Part shown: positions 41,600-55,492 of the stretch, piece after piece | How positions within the stretch are numbered: position 1 is the stretch's first letter | Layout: every line of letters starts with the position of its first letter | Notes under the pieces: generated by a model | What the model saw: the letters and a program-made list of their open reading frames with translations, nothing else | Told to the model about the DNA's origin: nothing | Database searches by the model: none | Made by a program: the position numbers and the translations under genes | DNA from: the human T2T-CHM13v2.0 reference genome, Homo sapiens | Assembly: GCF_009914755.1 (NCBI RefSeq) | Contig: NC_060929.1 | Reading direction: 5' to 3' (one strand) | DNA length: 64,000 nt

Positions 41600-41810
41600 T
41601 ATAATAGCTAAAAAGCACCTTGTACTCAGGATTGATGCACTTTCTAATTTAACTTCTGCAATAACCCTAACAAGTAGGAATTATTATTATCCCCATTTTA
41701 CAGATGAGGAAAGTAAAGCACAGACAGGTGAAGCGGCTGGCCCTAGGCTACCCAACAAGCCATCAGATGGAGGAATGACTTGCTTCCAACCTCGTGCTCT
41801 CACCTCCTCT
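41600..41810 (-). mobile_element. MIR
   Basis: attattatccccattttacagatgaggaaagtaaagcacagac. Confidence 0.75.
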
Positions 41811-41959
41811 GCCGTGCACACAATGAAAGCCTCCAAACCAGTGCCAGTCATCTGGTCTACCCTCACACTGAGAAATGGCAAGGATGTAGAGCCAGAACCA
41901 GCTGGTAGGACCATGCAGATGCGAGCAGGGCTGCCTTTCAGCATCAGCCCGAGCCCTTG

Positions 41960-42062
41960 TGCCTGCCAGCAGCAGAAATATAGCTAGCTGCTGCTGCTCT
42001 GCTCACTCACTCACTCACACTCACTAGCTCAACTTGCTAGACGGGTGTGGGCGTAGGTAAGT
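41960..42062 (+). promoter_or_regulatory. Candidate core promoter and short non-coding first exon with splice donor
   Basis: TATA-like AAATATAG (41976), tandem Inr-like CTCACT from 42002 (first A at 42005), perfect AG|GTAAGT at 42056/42057, in non-repeat sequence. Motif-only evidence. Confidence 0.4.
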
Positions 42063-42494
42063 GAGCCTCAAACTCCAGAAAGTTCTGTTTCTCTGCTTAA
42101 AATCCAGCACTGCCAACCCCAGGCATTTGCTTTTCATTTGTATTTTGCAAGCTCAACAGAAGCCTCTTCCATAATGAATTGACGCCACCTGCACAGGTCC
42201 TAGGTGGGAAGCAGACAAGGGAGAAATGAGCTTCAGGGTCATCCTGGCCCCGCTCACCTGTCTGAGCCCCCAGCAGTGCCAAATCGACCAACCCCCAGGA
42301 CCGTAGCCTCTAGGCAGTGGCTCCGTACCAGTTCTCACACCTGGGCTTGGCTCAGAGACTCCCAAAGGCCACCTTCTGGGGATGTCCTGGGGCCTCTTTG
42401 CTGACCCAGCAGGGAACTCAATGTCTTCTCCTGCAATCCCAAATGGGAAAGTGATCAGACTGTGTAGCTTCTGGATGGACAGACCCATTAGGCA

Positions 42495-42660
42495 TCTCAG
42501 CTCAGTTTTTAACTAGCTGTGTGGTCCTGGGAAAGCTGCTTCAACTCTCCTGATATCAGTTTCCCCATCTATAAAATGAAGATGATAATAATAATGCCTA
42601 ACGAAATGGGGTAATGTGGGGGATTATGAGGTGAGGTGATGTTTGGCAAAGACCACACAA
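42495..42660 (+). mobile_element. MIR
   Basis: actagctgtgtggtcctgggaaag ... tcagtttccccatctataaaatgaagatgataata. Confidence 0.7.
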
Positions 42661-42990
42661 ATCAATTATAATGAATACGCTGCAGATACTATTCTAATTA
42701 ACAATATCATGAAAAATCATTAATTATTAGGTCACTAATTATTAGGTCACACTCTGAGAGTACCTCCAAGAGCCCGTCTTCTTAGCCATGAAATACCTAA
42801 TGTTCCTTCCAAATCTGCTATCCAACAGCCTATGAGGAGGGGATCGCCCTACCACATGAGGCTCTTGTGAAGAGGAAATGAATTAATAAAGGCACAGGAA
42901 GCACCTAGAGCAGCCAGCACATCATAGGGATGCCGGATGAGGGCAGCAGCATTGAGAGGCAGCATCACTAGCAGTCCCCGCTCCGAAGGG

Positions 42991-44212
42991 ATGTGGCCTT
43001 ACTAACTACATAGGTAATAAACTGACTATGTGGCCTTACTAACCACGTGGAGAGTGACCTAACCATATGGCCTTACTAACCACATGAGTAAAAACCCAAC
43101 CATGTCAACTTTCTAAGCGTGGAGAGAGTAACCCAACCGTGTGATCTCACTAACCCTGCGGAGAGACTAACACAACCGTGTGATCTCACTAAACCTGTGG
43201 AGAGTAACCCAGCCGTGTGATCTCACTAACCCTGTGGAGAGTAAGCGAACCGTGTGATCTCACTAACCCTGTGGAGACTAAACCAACCGTGTTATCTCAC
43301 TAACCCTGTAGAGAGTAAACAAACCGTGTGATCTCACTAACCCTGTAGAGAGTAAACAAACCGTGTGATCTCACTAACTCTGTAGAGAGTAACCCAACCG
43401 TGTGATCTCACTAACCCTGTGGAGAGTAACCCAACCGTGTGATCTCACTAACCCTGTGGAGAGTAACCCAACCGTGTGATCTCACTAACCCTGTGGAGAG
43501 TAACCCAACCACATGCCCTTACTAACCACATGGATAGTAACCCAACCACAGGGCCCTACTAACCACATGGAGAGTAACCCAACCACATGCCCTTACTAAC
43601 CACATGGGTAGAAACCCAACCACATGCCCTTACTAACCACATGGGTAGTAACCCAACCACTTGGCCTTCCTAACCACATGGATAGTAACCCAAACACACT
43701 GGCCTTACTAACCCTGTGGAGAGTAACACAACCACATGGCCTTATTAACCACATGGATAGTAACCCAACCACTTGGCCTTACTAACCACATGGATAGTAA
43801 CCCAACCACTTGGTCTTACTGACTACAGGGCCTTACTAACCACATGGGTAGTAGCCCAACCACATGCCCTTACTAACCACATGGATAGTAACCCAAACAC
43901 ATTGGTCTTACTAACCACAGGACCTTACTAACCACACGGGTAGTAGCCCAACCACTTGGCCTTACTAACCACATGGATAGTAACCCAACCACATGCCCTT
44001 ACTAACCACATGGATAGTAACCCAAACACATTGGCCTTACTAACCACAGGCCTTACTAACCACATGAGTAGTAGCCCAACCACTTGGCCTTACTAACCGT
44101 GTGGAGAGTAACCCAACCATGTGACCTTGTTAACCACTTGGAGAGTCACCTAAACGTGTGGCCTTACTAACCACGTGGGTAATAACCCAACACATGGTCT
44201 TACTAACCATGT
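42991..44212 (+). repeat. 37-bp minisatellite (VNTR-like), roughly 33 units in two sequence types
   Basis: Type A aaccgtgtgatctcactaaccctgtggagagtaaccc (~43135-43505); type B aaccacatgcccttactaaccacatggatagtaaccc; ACTAAC recurs at 37-bp spacing (43001, 43038, 43075 ...), with three ~17-bp short units. Confidence 0.97.
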
Positions 44213-44224
44213 GCAGAATAATGG

Positions 44225-44310
44225 TGCCTTAACTTCTCTGGGCCTCCACTTCCTCCTCATGTAGGCAATTAAAGAGTCCACTCCCTAGGGCTGTCTCAAT
44301 GGTGCAGACA
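44225..44310 (+). mobile_element. MIR remnant directly downstream of the minisatellite
   Basis: ccttaacttctctgggcctccacttcctcctcatgta ... ctccctagggctgt. Confidence 0.55.
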
Positions 44311-45057
44311 CATGGTAAGAATGCAGTAATCCTTACCTATCACTGCTGTTCCCAGGCTCCGACGTTCAGCCTGCTCTCACTGCTGTCCATCACTATAGCT
44401 GCTGCCCCTCTGGCTGTCAGGTGCCAGCCTTTCCCTCTGCCAGCTACCATGCACACAAGGGCCTTCTTGCTGCCCTCTGTTCCTGTCCACATACACAGGC
44501 GCTGGGCATGCATTTATGGCCTTTTTTTCTCTTTTTTTGGCCTGTTAGATACTGTTGCAATGAACTTCTTTGTGCATACAGTTTTTCCTCCCATTAATTC
44601 CCTGGTGAGTACAATTATTAGGTCAAGGGCAGCAACACTTTTTGGCCCTTCATGCCTCCCGCCACTGCTTTTCAAAATGTGCTGTGTCCATTCACACCAT
44701 TAGCCTCAGGACTCAGGGTTGTCCGTTTTACCACGTCCTGACCAGCACTGGGAGTTACAATTTTCCCATTTATTTTTCTTATTTACTAGGCATGAAAACA
44801 GTACCTGCCTTGTTTTGCTTCTGACTTCTTTACCCACCACAGTCTCCTTCTTGTGGTTTGCTTCCTTATCCCTGTTACCCCCGATTCTCAATGGTTAGCA
44901 TTTTTCCCCGTTACCTTTAAAGGCTACTTGAATCTGAGCAGCAACGATTCAGCTGGAGCTGGTGGTAAAGACAGTCCTCCACTGATCAGCCGTGTCTAGC
45001 TAGGATAGGACTCCTCACCCATGCGGTGGTCTGCGTCTCTAGGGGCTTGCTCCCCTG

Positions 45058-45094
45058 CCTTAAACACTTTCCTGGTTCTTTTTGTTTCCTATAG
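45058..45094 (+). other. Candidate 3' splice acceptor
   Basis: ccttaaacactttcctggttctttttgtttcctatag: long AG-free pyrimidine tract ending TAG; the next ~110 bp retain several CpGs. Confidence 0.3.
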
Positions 45095-45121
45095 TTTTTG
45101 CAATAAGAGCCCTTGTGCCTA

Positions 45122-46040
<919 letters not shown>

Positions 46041-46689
46041 TATTACACACAACCCCGCCCTCCAGAGCTCATGGTCCAGCACTGGTAGCAGACAAGGGAG
46101 CAAGGACCATGCCCATGGATATGGCCATGACAGGACAGCAATGAGAACCTATCCCCAGGGCCAGCCCAGGCCAGAGCCAGGAAGGACCTCCAAGAGGAAG
46201 TGATCTTAAGCGGAGCCTGAACAGGGATAGGCACCAACCAGGCAGAGTGATGAGAGAGTGTCTGCCATCTGCCAGGGGCAGAAGGAGATGTGGTACATTT
46301 GGGGAAAGGAAAAGAACTCTGAGAGTCCTGGGAATCCTCTACGTAGATCATACAGTGGACCAGCTGTAGGTGGAGCAAAGGAAACAACAGTTCAGTTTTT
46401 ACCCCAAGTAAGAAGCCCAAACTCTGCTTTGAAAATGAATGTTGGGGAAAATAGGTTCATTGCAATTTTTCCAAATGTTTTTAGAAAGGGTAAGATTATC
46501 TCCCCATGATATTTGTCACTTTTTGTATTAACTTGTTCTGAATACCTACTATCTTTTAGTATCTATTAGATATTTGTTAGGTATCTATCTATCTACAGTA
46601 TCTCATGCAATCCTGGAAGGCATAAGCAATGGCCCCCATTTTAGGAATGTGGAAATCGAGGCTTGGGTACATAATAGATAGTCAGCTGT

Positions 46690-46940
46690 GCATGGCTGTT
46701 ATGAGCACAGAGCCTGGACCGGTCAGTTGGGTTCACATCCTGGTTTCACTACTTACCAGCAAGTGACCACGGACAGGTCACGTAAGCTCTCCGTGCCTCA
46801 GTTTTGTCATCTGTATGATGGGCATAATAGTAGGGCCTACCTCATAGAATTGTGATGAGCGCTGAGTTAATGTATATAAATGGCTCTGAATAGTTCTGGG
46901 CATACAGTAAGTTCTGTGTAAGTGTGAGCTACCATAATTA
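46690..46940 (+). mobile_element. MIR (near full length)
   Basis: ctctccgtgcctcagttttgtcatctgtatgatgggcataatagtagggcctacctcatagaattgt. Confidence 0.8.
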
Positions 46941-47417
46941 ACTAAATAATAATCTCTAAAATAACCCCAATGATTTTGATTATTCCCATGCTGCAGATAA
47001 GGAGGCTGGAGAGGTGATGTTTTGCCTAAAGTCACACACCTGGCAAGAGGCAGGGCAAGGCGTGCCTGACCTTGAAAGCCCACGTTTTCCCTCCTTAGGC
47101 CCAGCATCTACATCATTGCATCGGAAATAGCTGTTTCTGAGAAGCTGTCCGGAGAAGGGATAAAAGCACAGGGTCTCGAGGCTAAATGTGGGGTTAGGAT
47201 GTGATTCTGTCACTTACTAGTGACTTACTTTCGGTCTGCTGACTTCTCTTGCCACAACGTCATCATTTGTAAAAAGGGGATTATAATATGATTTGTCTGG
47301 AAGAGTTGCAAGGGAAAGAGTTGATACATGGATGTTACTTAAAACCGTTTTGGCACAGAGAAAACAGTCCGCGTTAGCCATCACAGGTCCTCATTTTATT
47401 TGAAACCCTGACAACAG

Positions 47418-47750
<333 letters not shown>

Positions 47751-49019
47751 TTAGATATTAAGTATGTAATAAATTGTACCTGGCATATAATAAGGAATAG
47801 TATCGGAGAGTTCTGGACCATGCCCTGTAATAAAACACGACAAAGCATATACAGCAAAACCCACGAATAAGCACCTTGCCTCACTGACGTTCAGGTTTTG
47901 CCACTAAAGGAAGGGGTCAGTAGGCCTTTCTGGAAAGGGCCAGATAGGAAATATTTTAGGCTTGCAGCCATACAGTCTCTCTCATGTGGTCATGGTTGTT
48001 GACCCGTGGCTTATCCTGTTACACAACCACTTTCCATGTCCAGAGCTTTGAGGATCTGGGAATTCCATGCAAACAACTGTGGGCCTGTATTCTCATTTGT
48101 ATCTCGTCATTTCCTGCAATCAAAAGCTCTGATAGCTACCCTCATGATCTATGATTAGCAGGAACCCAGAAGACAAATGTATTTTTCAGCACTACCCATG
48201 GTTTGTTTGGTAAAGCAAAATCTTTTCCAAAAACATGGTTTCGAAAAGAGAAGGCATTATTAATGGGGGCGCAGGGAGTTCCCATGCCCTCACAGAGCTG
48301 AGAAATGTGGGGACTGATGGCCAGATCGCAAGGAAATGTACAATTTCCATCACATCTTCAAAAATATGAAAAACTGCCACGGACTTTTGTGGCAGCCTCC
48401 CAAAGGTTCTAGGGGTCTCAGCTACTGTGCTAGTGATTTATATTTTAGGCAAAATCAATTGATATACCAGCAGTGTCCTGCTACCCCAGAAAAACATCAT
48501 TTGCAATGCATTTGTAATATATTCTGAGATATGCACAGTGTAATTGTCAATATCTTGTGTTCATGTAGCTATTTTATTGCCAGAGAAGATTGAGGACTGA
48601 TACTTGTAAAGCTCCATAAGATTCACAGACGATGAACATTACATCCTACAATACTACACTACACCACACTACATCCAGGTGGAAACGAGCATTTAAAACA
48701 GGAGAGGAAACAGGACTGAATTCAGCCCTAGGAACAAAGGAGCTGCTTCTTTGAAAAAAAATAAGCCATATGTCCATATGTGCATGCACGTTTTTGACCT
48801 GTCAGAGGTGCAGAGTGCTGTCTGCAGAGGCTGTTATTCAAGGGAAGAGTCCTGTTAGTCAGACAAACATGAACTTGAACTCAGCCCTACCCCTACAAAC
48901 TGTGTGACCTTGGACCTCAGTTTCCACATCTGTGTAACAGGGAAATACTGCTTCTCATCAAGTTGCTGTGGGCTTATATGACCAATAGCTGTGGAAGTGT
49001 GGAAGCTCTTATCATAAGT

Positions 49020-49400
49020 CCCTCATTCATTTTATTTCATTTCAACAAATATACATTCAGCACCTGCTGCAGGACAGCTGCTCAGACCACCTGGGGATTT
49101 GCAGATGAATAGGACAGAAAAGGCCCCCGATTTTATGAAGCTTACAGTGCACTGGAGGAGGAGGCATGAAACACACACACAAATAAAAACGTCACCCCAA
49201 ATTGTCAGAAGTGGAATGAGGTTTAAAACACTAAGATAAAGAGAGAAAGTGAGTATGGCAGTGGGTGGAGCTGATTTAGACAGGGTGCTGGGCAGCCACA
49301 CTAGGGAAGCAGCAGCTCAGACTTGCAGAGTAAACAGAAACTGAACAGAAAAGAGGTACTGATGAAGAGTTCCCCGGCCAAGGAAGGGCAAGTGCCTAGA
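49020..49400 (-). mobile_element. L2 3' fragment
   Basis: cattcattttatttcatttcaacaaatatacattcagcacctgctgca. Confidence 0.6.
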
Positions 49401-49411
49401 TCGTGAGGCAG

Positions 49412-49862
49412 TGTAGTTAAACAATGGTCAGCCATTGTTCTGGAAGTCATAAGATGTGTAAGCTCCCCAATCACTCTTGTGGATTACATCACATTTGTAG
49501 AACCTAAGATCAGCCTTTTGAGACTTTTCTTTCAGACTTTTGCATTTCTGATGACCATCTCACTCCATCTGGACCCGTGACTCAACAGGCCCTGCAGTGC
49601 CCACCCAGAGGCGGACTCAGCACTCACAGACTTTCCCCTATGATTCTATACAACATCCCCATTCCCTAGCCCTCTACCCACCAAACTATCCTTGAAAAAC
49701 TCTAACCCTTGAGACTTTGAGGAGACTGATTTGGTAATAACTCCATCTTCCACGTGGCTGGCCTCATGTCAATTAAACTCTCTCTCTTTATTGCAATATC
49801 GTGGTCTCAGTGAATTGATTTTGTCTGTGCAGCAGGCAGGAAGAACCTATCAGGTAATTTCA
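49412..49862 (+). mobile_element. LTR8-family (ERV1) LTR, 3' part
   Basis: cccaccaaactatccttgaaaaactctaacc ... gtctcagtgaattgattttgtctgtgcagcaggcaggaagaacc. Confidence 0.75.
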
Positions 49863-49873
49863 AAATTAGTGCC

Positions 49874-50394
49874 TGATATAGTTTGGATGTTTGTCCCCTC
49901 TAAATCTCATGTTAAAATTTGATTCTCAGTATTGGAGGTGAGGCCTGGCGGGAGGTGTTTTGGTCATGGAAGCGGATCTTTCATGTAGGGCTTGGTGCCT
50001 CCTGGAGGTAACGAGTGGTTCTTGCTCTATTAGTTTTAGTTTTCTAGAGGGCTAATGGTTGAAAAGAGCCTGGTACCTCCCTCCCCTCTCTCATCCTTCC
50101 TCTCTCACCATGTGACACCTGCTCCCCTTTATCTTCCACTATGAGTGAAAGCTTCCTGAAAGAGCCTGGTACCTCCCTCCCCTCTCTCATCCTTCCTCTC
50201 TCACCATGTGACACCTGCTCCCCTTTATCTTCCACTATGAGTGAAAGCTTCCTGAAGCCCTCACCAGAAGCAGATGCTGGTGCCATGCTTCCTGTACAGG
50301 CTGCAGAACCATGAGCCAAATAAACCTGTTTTTTTGGTAAATTATCCGGTATCAGATATTCCTTCATATATAGCAACACAAATGAACTAAGACA
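49874..50394 (+). mobile_element. MSTB-type MaLR LTR
   Basis: tgatatagtttggatgtttgtcccctctaaatctcatg ... aatgaactaagaca; TSD gtgc(c/t). Confidence 0.9.
50065..50256 (+). repeat. Perfect 96-bp tandem duplication inside the MSTB LTR
   Basis: 50065-50160 is identical to 50161-50256. Confidence 0.97.
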
Positions 50395-50735
50395 GTGCTC
50401 TAATAAAAGACATGAAAGCTTGCTTCCTCCTTCCTCTCTCCCTCTCTCCTCCTCCTTCTTATTATTCTTCTTCCTGTCTCCTTCTTCTTCTTCTTCCTCT
50501 CTCTCTTTCTCCTCTCTCTCTCTCCCTCTCTTTCTCTATCTCTCTCTCCCTCTCTCCTCAGATACACCAAGAAGGCATCCACCTACAAACCAGGAAGCAT
50601 GCCTTCACCAGAACCTGACTATGCTGTCACCCAGATCTTCAACTCTGAGTCTCCAGAACTGTGAGAAATAGGTTTGTTGTTTAAGCCGCCCAGTCTCTGG
50701 TATTCTGTTAGAGCAGTAAAAACTGACTGAGACAC
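50395..50735 (+). mobile_element. MLT1A-like LTR 3' part with CT-rich low-complexity tract (~50425-50558)
   Basis: ccagaactgtgagaaataggtttgttgtttaagccgcccagtctctggtattctgtta. Confidence 0.65.
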
Positions 50736-50959
50736 CTGTTAAATTAGGGCTCTCCCTTTCTTCTCTCTAAAACTGATGCATCGTTTTCTTCCTTTGAACT
50801 TTCAACAATTTGGAGTAACTTATTGATTTGTGCACTTATTTAATCCTCTAAAGTCTGTCCTCCCTCCAAGACTGTGAGCCCTGTGGGCAGACACCAGGTT
50901 ACTTACATTGACCACTCTATGCCAGCACCCCACATAGGGTTCAAAAAGTAAATGATTAT

Positions 50960-51232
50960 TCTCCTTAAGCTGCTTTATTTTTCTCCATTGCCATTATCAC
51001 TACATACATTTTATTTGTTTGCCTTCTTGTTTGCTTCATTCCCACCAAGATGCTATTTCCATGAGACGAGGTATTTGTTTGTCTTGTTTACTGTTCTCTC
51101 CCCCAGCCCCTCGAACAGTGTCTGGCACATAGTAGATGCTTAGTAAATAACTGTTAAATGTTCAGGTAGTGAGAAAGGGAAAAATATAAAAACAAATAAA
51201 TAAGCATAATTGTTGAATAAATGAATGAATGA
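50960..51232 (+). mobile_element. L2 3' end
   Basis: aacagtgtctggcacatagtagatgcttagtaaata ... tgttgaataaatgaatgaatga. Confidence 0.65.
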
Positions 51233-51984
51233 GCAACTTCCTTCTCTGGGTTCCCACATAAACTGATCTCATACAGGATGCTCACAAAACATCTTCCCTC
51301 TGCACCACAATCTCTTAGCTTGCTGAGATTTGGGGAAAGTTTTAATGCAGTTAAAGCTGTAGCATGTGCCCTGTGAAGAGGCAGAGTTCTCATCTTAATT
51401 CTGACTTTTCTCATTCAGTCAACACATTTGACAATTACAGTTTGAAGTGTTAGGAGAGAATGTCATATAGGAAACCAAGTACTGTCTTAAAGGACAGGCA
51501 GACACAGGAGCATATCCCAGCTCTATCACCTGCCACTTGTGTGGCAAGTGACTTCACCACTGCAACTTAGTTTCCTCATCTGTAAAATGGGAATACTAAT
51601 TGTACTAACTTCATAAGATTCCTGTGAAACCCACACATGATAGGTACTCTCCCTTTAGTGATCACATCCATACTGACCAGGGGTGGTGAGAATCCCAGGC
51701 AGAGTTGTACCAGAGGCCAGCTCTTCCATGTGGGGCATGGGCTCTTGGTAGGCTTACCTTTGAGAGGACATGAAAAATGGGCTGGACCAAGACCTATCTC
51801 CAGGGCTGCACTTCTACAGGCTGATGAGAGGCCACCTAGCTCAGAAAGGGATGGAGCATCCATGCCAAGGAAAAGTGGCACTCACAGGGTGAGCCATCTG
51901 ACAGCTGTGACCTCAAAGCCAAGATGGTCCAAGTCACCTGCCTCCACCATGAGAATTCTCCTGAGCATGCTACTCCTAATGGGA

Positions 51985-52912
51985 ATCTGTGTCAAAGGTC
52001 TAATATTTAAAATCTATAAGGAACTTAAGCAAATCAACAAGCAAGACACAAACAACTCCATAAAAAAAAGTGGGCAAAGAACATGAACAGACACTTTTAA
52101 AAAGAAGACATATACATAGCCAATAAGTATATGAAAAAAATGCACAACATCACTGGTCATTAGAGAAATGCAAATCGAAACCACAATGAGATACCATCTC
52201 ACACTAGTCAGAATGGCTACTATTAAAAAGTCAAAAAATAACAGATGCTGATGAGGTTGTGGGAAAAAGGGAATGCTTATACACTGCTGGTGGGAATGTA
52301 AATTAGTTCAGCTATTGTGGAAAGCATTTAGCAATTTCTCAAAGAACTCAAATCAGAATTACTATTCAACCCAACAATCTCATTATTGGGTATATACCCA
52401 AAGGAATATAAATCATTCTACCATAAAGACACATGCACACAGGTGTTCACTGAAGAACTATTCATAGTAGCAAAGACAATCAACCTAAACACCTATCAAT
52501 GGTAGACTGGTTAAAGAAAATGTGGTATATACACACCATGGAATGTGGTGCGGCCATAAAAAAGAATGAGATCATGTCCTTTGCAGCAAACTGGATGGAA
52601 CTAGAGGGCGTTATCCTAAGCAAACTAACACAGGAACAGAAATCCAAATACTGCATGTTCTCACTTACACATGAGAGCTAAACACTGATTACATATAGAC
52701 ACAAAGAAAGGAACAACAGATGCCAGGGCCTACTTGAGGGTTGAGGAAGGGAGGGGGATGAGGATCAAAAAACTACCTCTCAGGTACTATGTTTATTACC
52801 TGGCTGGTGAAATAATCTGTACACCAAACCCCTATGCCACAAATTTACCTGTGCAACAAACCTGCACATGTACCCCTGAACTTAAAAGTTAAAATAAATC
52901 AATAATAAAAAC
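51985..52912 (+). mobile_element. L1PA15/16-like 3' fragment
   Basis: ORF2 C-terminus (WYIHTMECGAAIKKNEIMSFAA) and 3' UTR ending cccctgaacttaaaagttaaaataaa. Confidence 0.9.
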
Positions 52913-53082
52913 AAATGGAGACCCAGAGCCAGTGGGCAAAGAGCTTCTATTCTATTTATCTTAACACAAATTAGAAAAAGTTTCAAAAGTACATAAAATG
53001 GGGGATTTTGCAGATATTACTGCATAAAGCAAAGCTAAATATAAATGGGAGTGATATGAAGTCTACTTTTTTAAGTTATTTA

Positions 53083-53803
<721 letters not shown>

Positions 53804-55129
53804 TTATTTCGTGCACAGTAATACACATGGCTCATGGAAATAGCCTGTATTGTGGAAATGTCATGTCAAATCCTATAGTTTTAGGAAACACTCATGAGAA
53901 GTCACTTCACTTGGCTGTGTCACATCCTAGAAACTGGAGCAGAGGGCACCATTGCCTTTCTAAACTTTCATTACTTCATCTGGGGAAAGGGTGATAACAG
54001 CTGCTTCATTTGCTGGCTATGAGAAGTAAATGAGAAGATTTATGTCAAAGCACCTTGAAAGCTGTATGAAGTCGCAAACACATAAAGAAGGTAATGAGCA
54101 TAGCTCATGCCTTGTGCCTGGCAGGCAGGAAGCCCCCTCCCCACCATGACCATCTCCATCCCCATAAAACGTGTCCAAATTAGAAGCTGGTGCAGGCAGA
54201 CAATCTCGGCAACTTGCTCTCTCCAGAAGAACTGTAAATAGCTTGATCTTCCATTTTATTTGTACGTTCCACTCTCTGTTGCCTACATATTAATCAACCT
54301 TGGTTGGTCAATAGGCCCAAGGGAGACATGAAAATGGCAAGAGAGAGGATTGGTTCTTCTCATGAGCTAATAAAGTCAAGCTTTACTTATGGCCCACTGG
54401 CTTCCAGTGCAAACCTGGTAAGCTCAGGGCTAAAGAGACTTCACCAAAAACTCTAAGGAAGCAAAGTATAATTTCCAGTGCTCTGGAGAGAAATAATGAG
54501 CATGAATTTTTTAAACACCAGCTGAACAGTATGGGTCTGCCTCCCCAGATACAGGTCAGGCTGAGGGAGTGCATGTGGGTCAAGTGCTTGGGCTGGAGGG
54601 AGGAAAAGTTTCCCTCCTAACAGAAGTCAGAAACTTCCAGAAGCCCACATGCCATATCTAGCTCATCAATAGGCTTCCATGGGCCAGCAGGGTGTTTTTG
54701 TTTTAAATGAGCCAATATTTTATATATTGGGAGATTTAAATTAAAATCTGGATTTCTGATTCCTCTTGAATAATTAGAAGATGTGAAAATACTGAATCCA
54801 CTTCTCACAGGGCAAAAAATTGATTTGAGCAGAGAGGAGATGCTTCCCCCACTCATAGATGGCCCTTGCACCATCCAGACCTTGTTGCTTATACCCTGAA
54901 GGCACAATCTGTGCTTAGTCTGCTGTGCCACTGTCCAGCACTGCAGGACTTTAACTGGTGAATCCTGGCTTCTAATATAAAATCCTGACTTATATAAATA
55001 TAAATATTAGCATGGCATTCAAGACACTTCATAGCTTGACCCTTGACCGCTTTTAAACATGGGGTCCCCTAAAAGATCCATGGATCACCTTGAAATTGTG
55101 TGTATGTGTGTGTGTAAGAGGCAATGGAA

Positions 55130-55492
55130 CTCATCAAACAATACATCTGCCCCAGTGACCTTGAAATTAGTTAGGACCATGGGATTAGGTCTGTTCAATG
55201 GGCTAAGAATGGAAGTAATGTGTGCCACTTCTGCACCAAATCTTTGAAGAGCTATTTAACAATCCTCCAACATTTTTGTAGCCCTTCACAGTAACTGAGT
55301 AGACCCAGTGTTTTAAGGTGGTGAAAACTCCAACAACCTGGGGCCCTGAATGTCTATATGGAGCAGAAAGTCCCTGCCATCCTGCATGGAGCATCAACTT
55401 CAGGAAAAAGCAGAATTCTGCAGTGTTAAGCCAATAAGATTTCAGAGCTGTTTATTACCTCAGAAGATCCTATGATATCCTGACTTATACAG
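55130..55492 (+). mobile_element. Old MLT1 LTR
   Basis: gaatggaagtaatgtgtgccacttctg ... gtgttaagccaataagatttcagagctgtttattacc. Confidence 0.55.

Noticed and set aside
42991-44212. CRISPR-like array or interstitial telomere
   Set aside because: Units are contiguous with no unique spacers and the context is eukaryotic; TAACCC occurs only as isolated hexamers within a 37-mer, not as (TTAGGG)n.
51985-52912. Similarity to ~10150-11060 as a segmental duplication
   Set aside because: Both are 3' ends of the same L1PA subfamily with unrelated flanks, so independent insertions.
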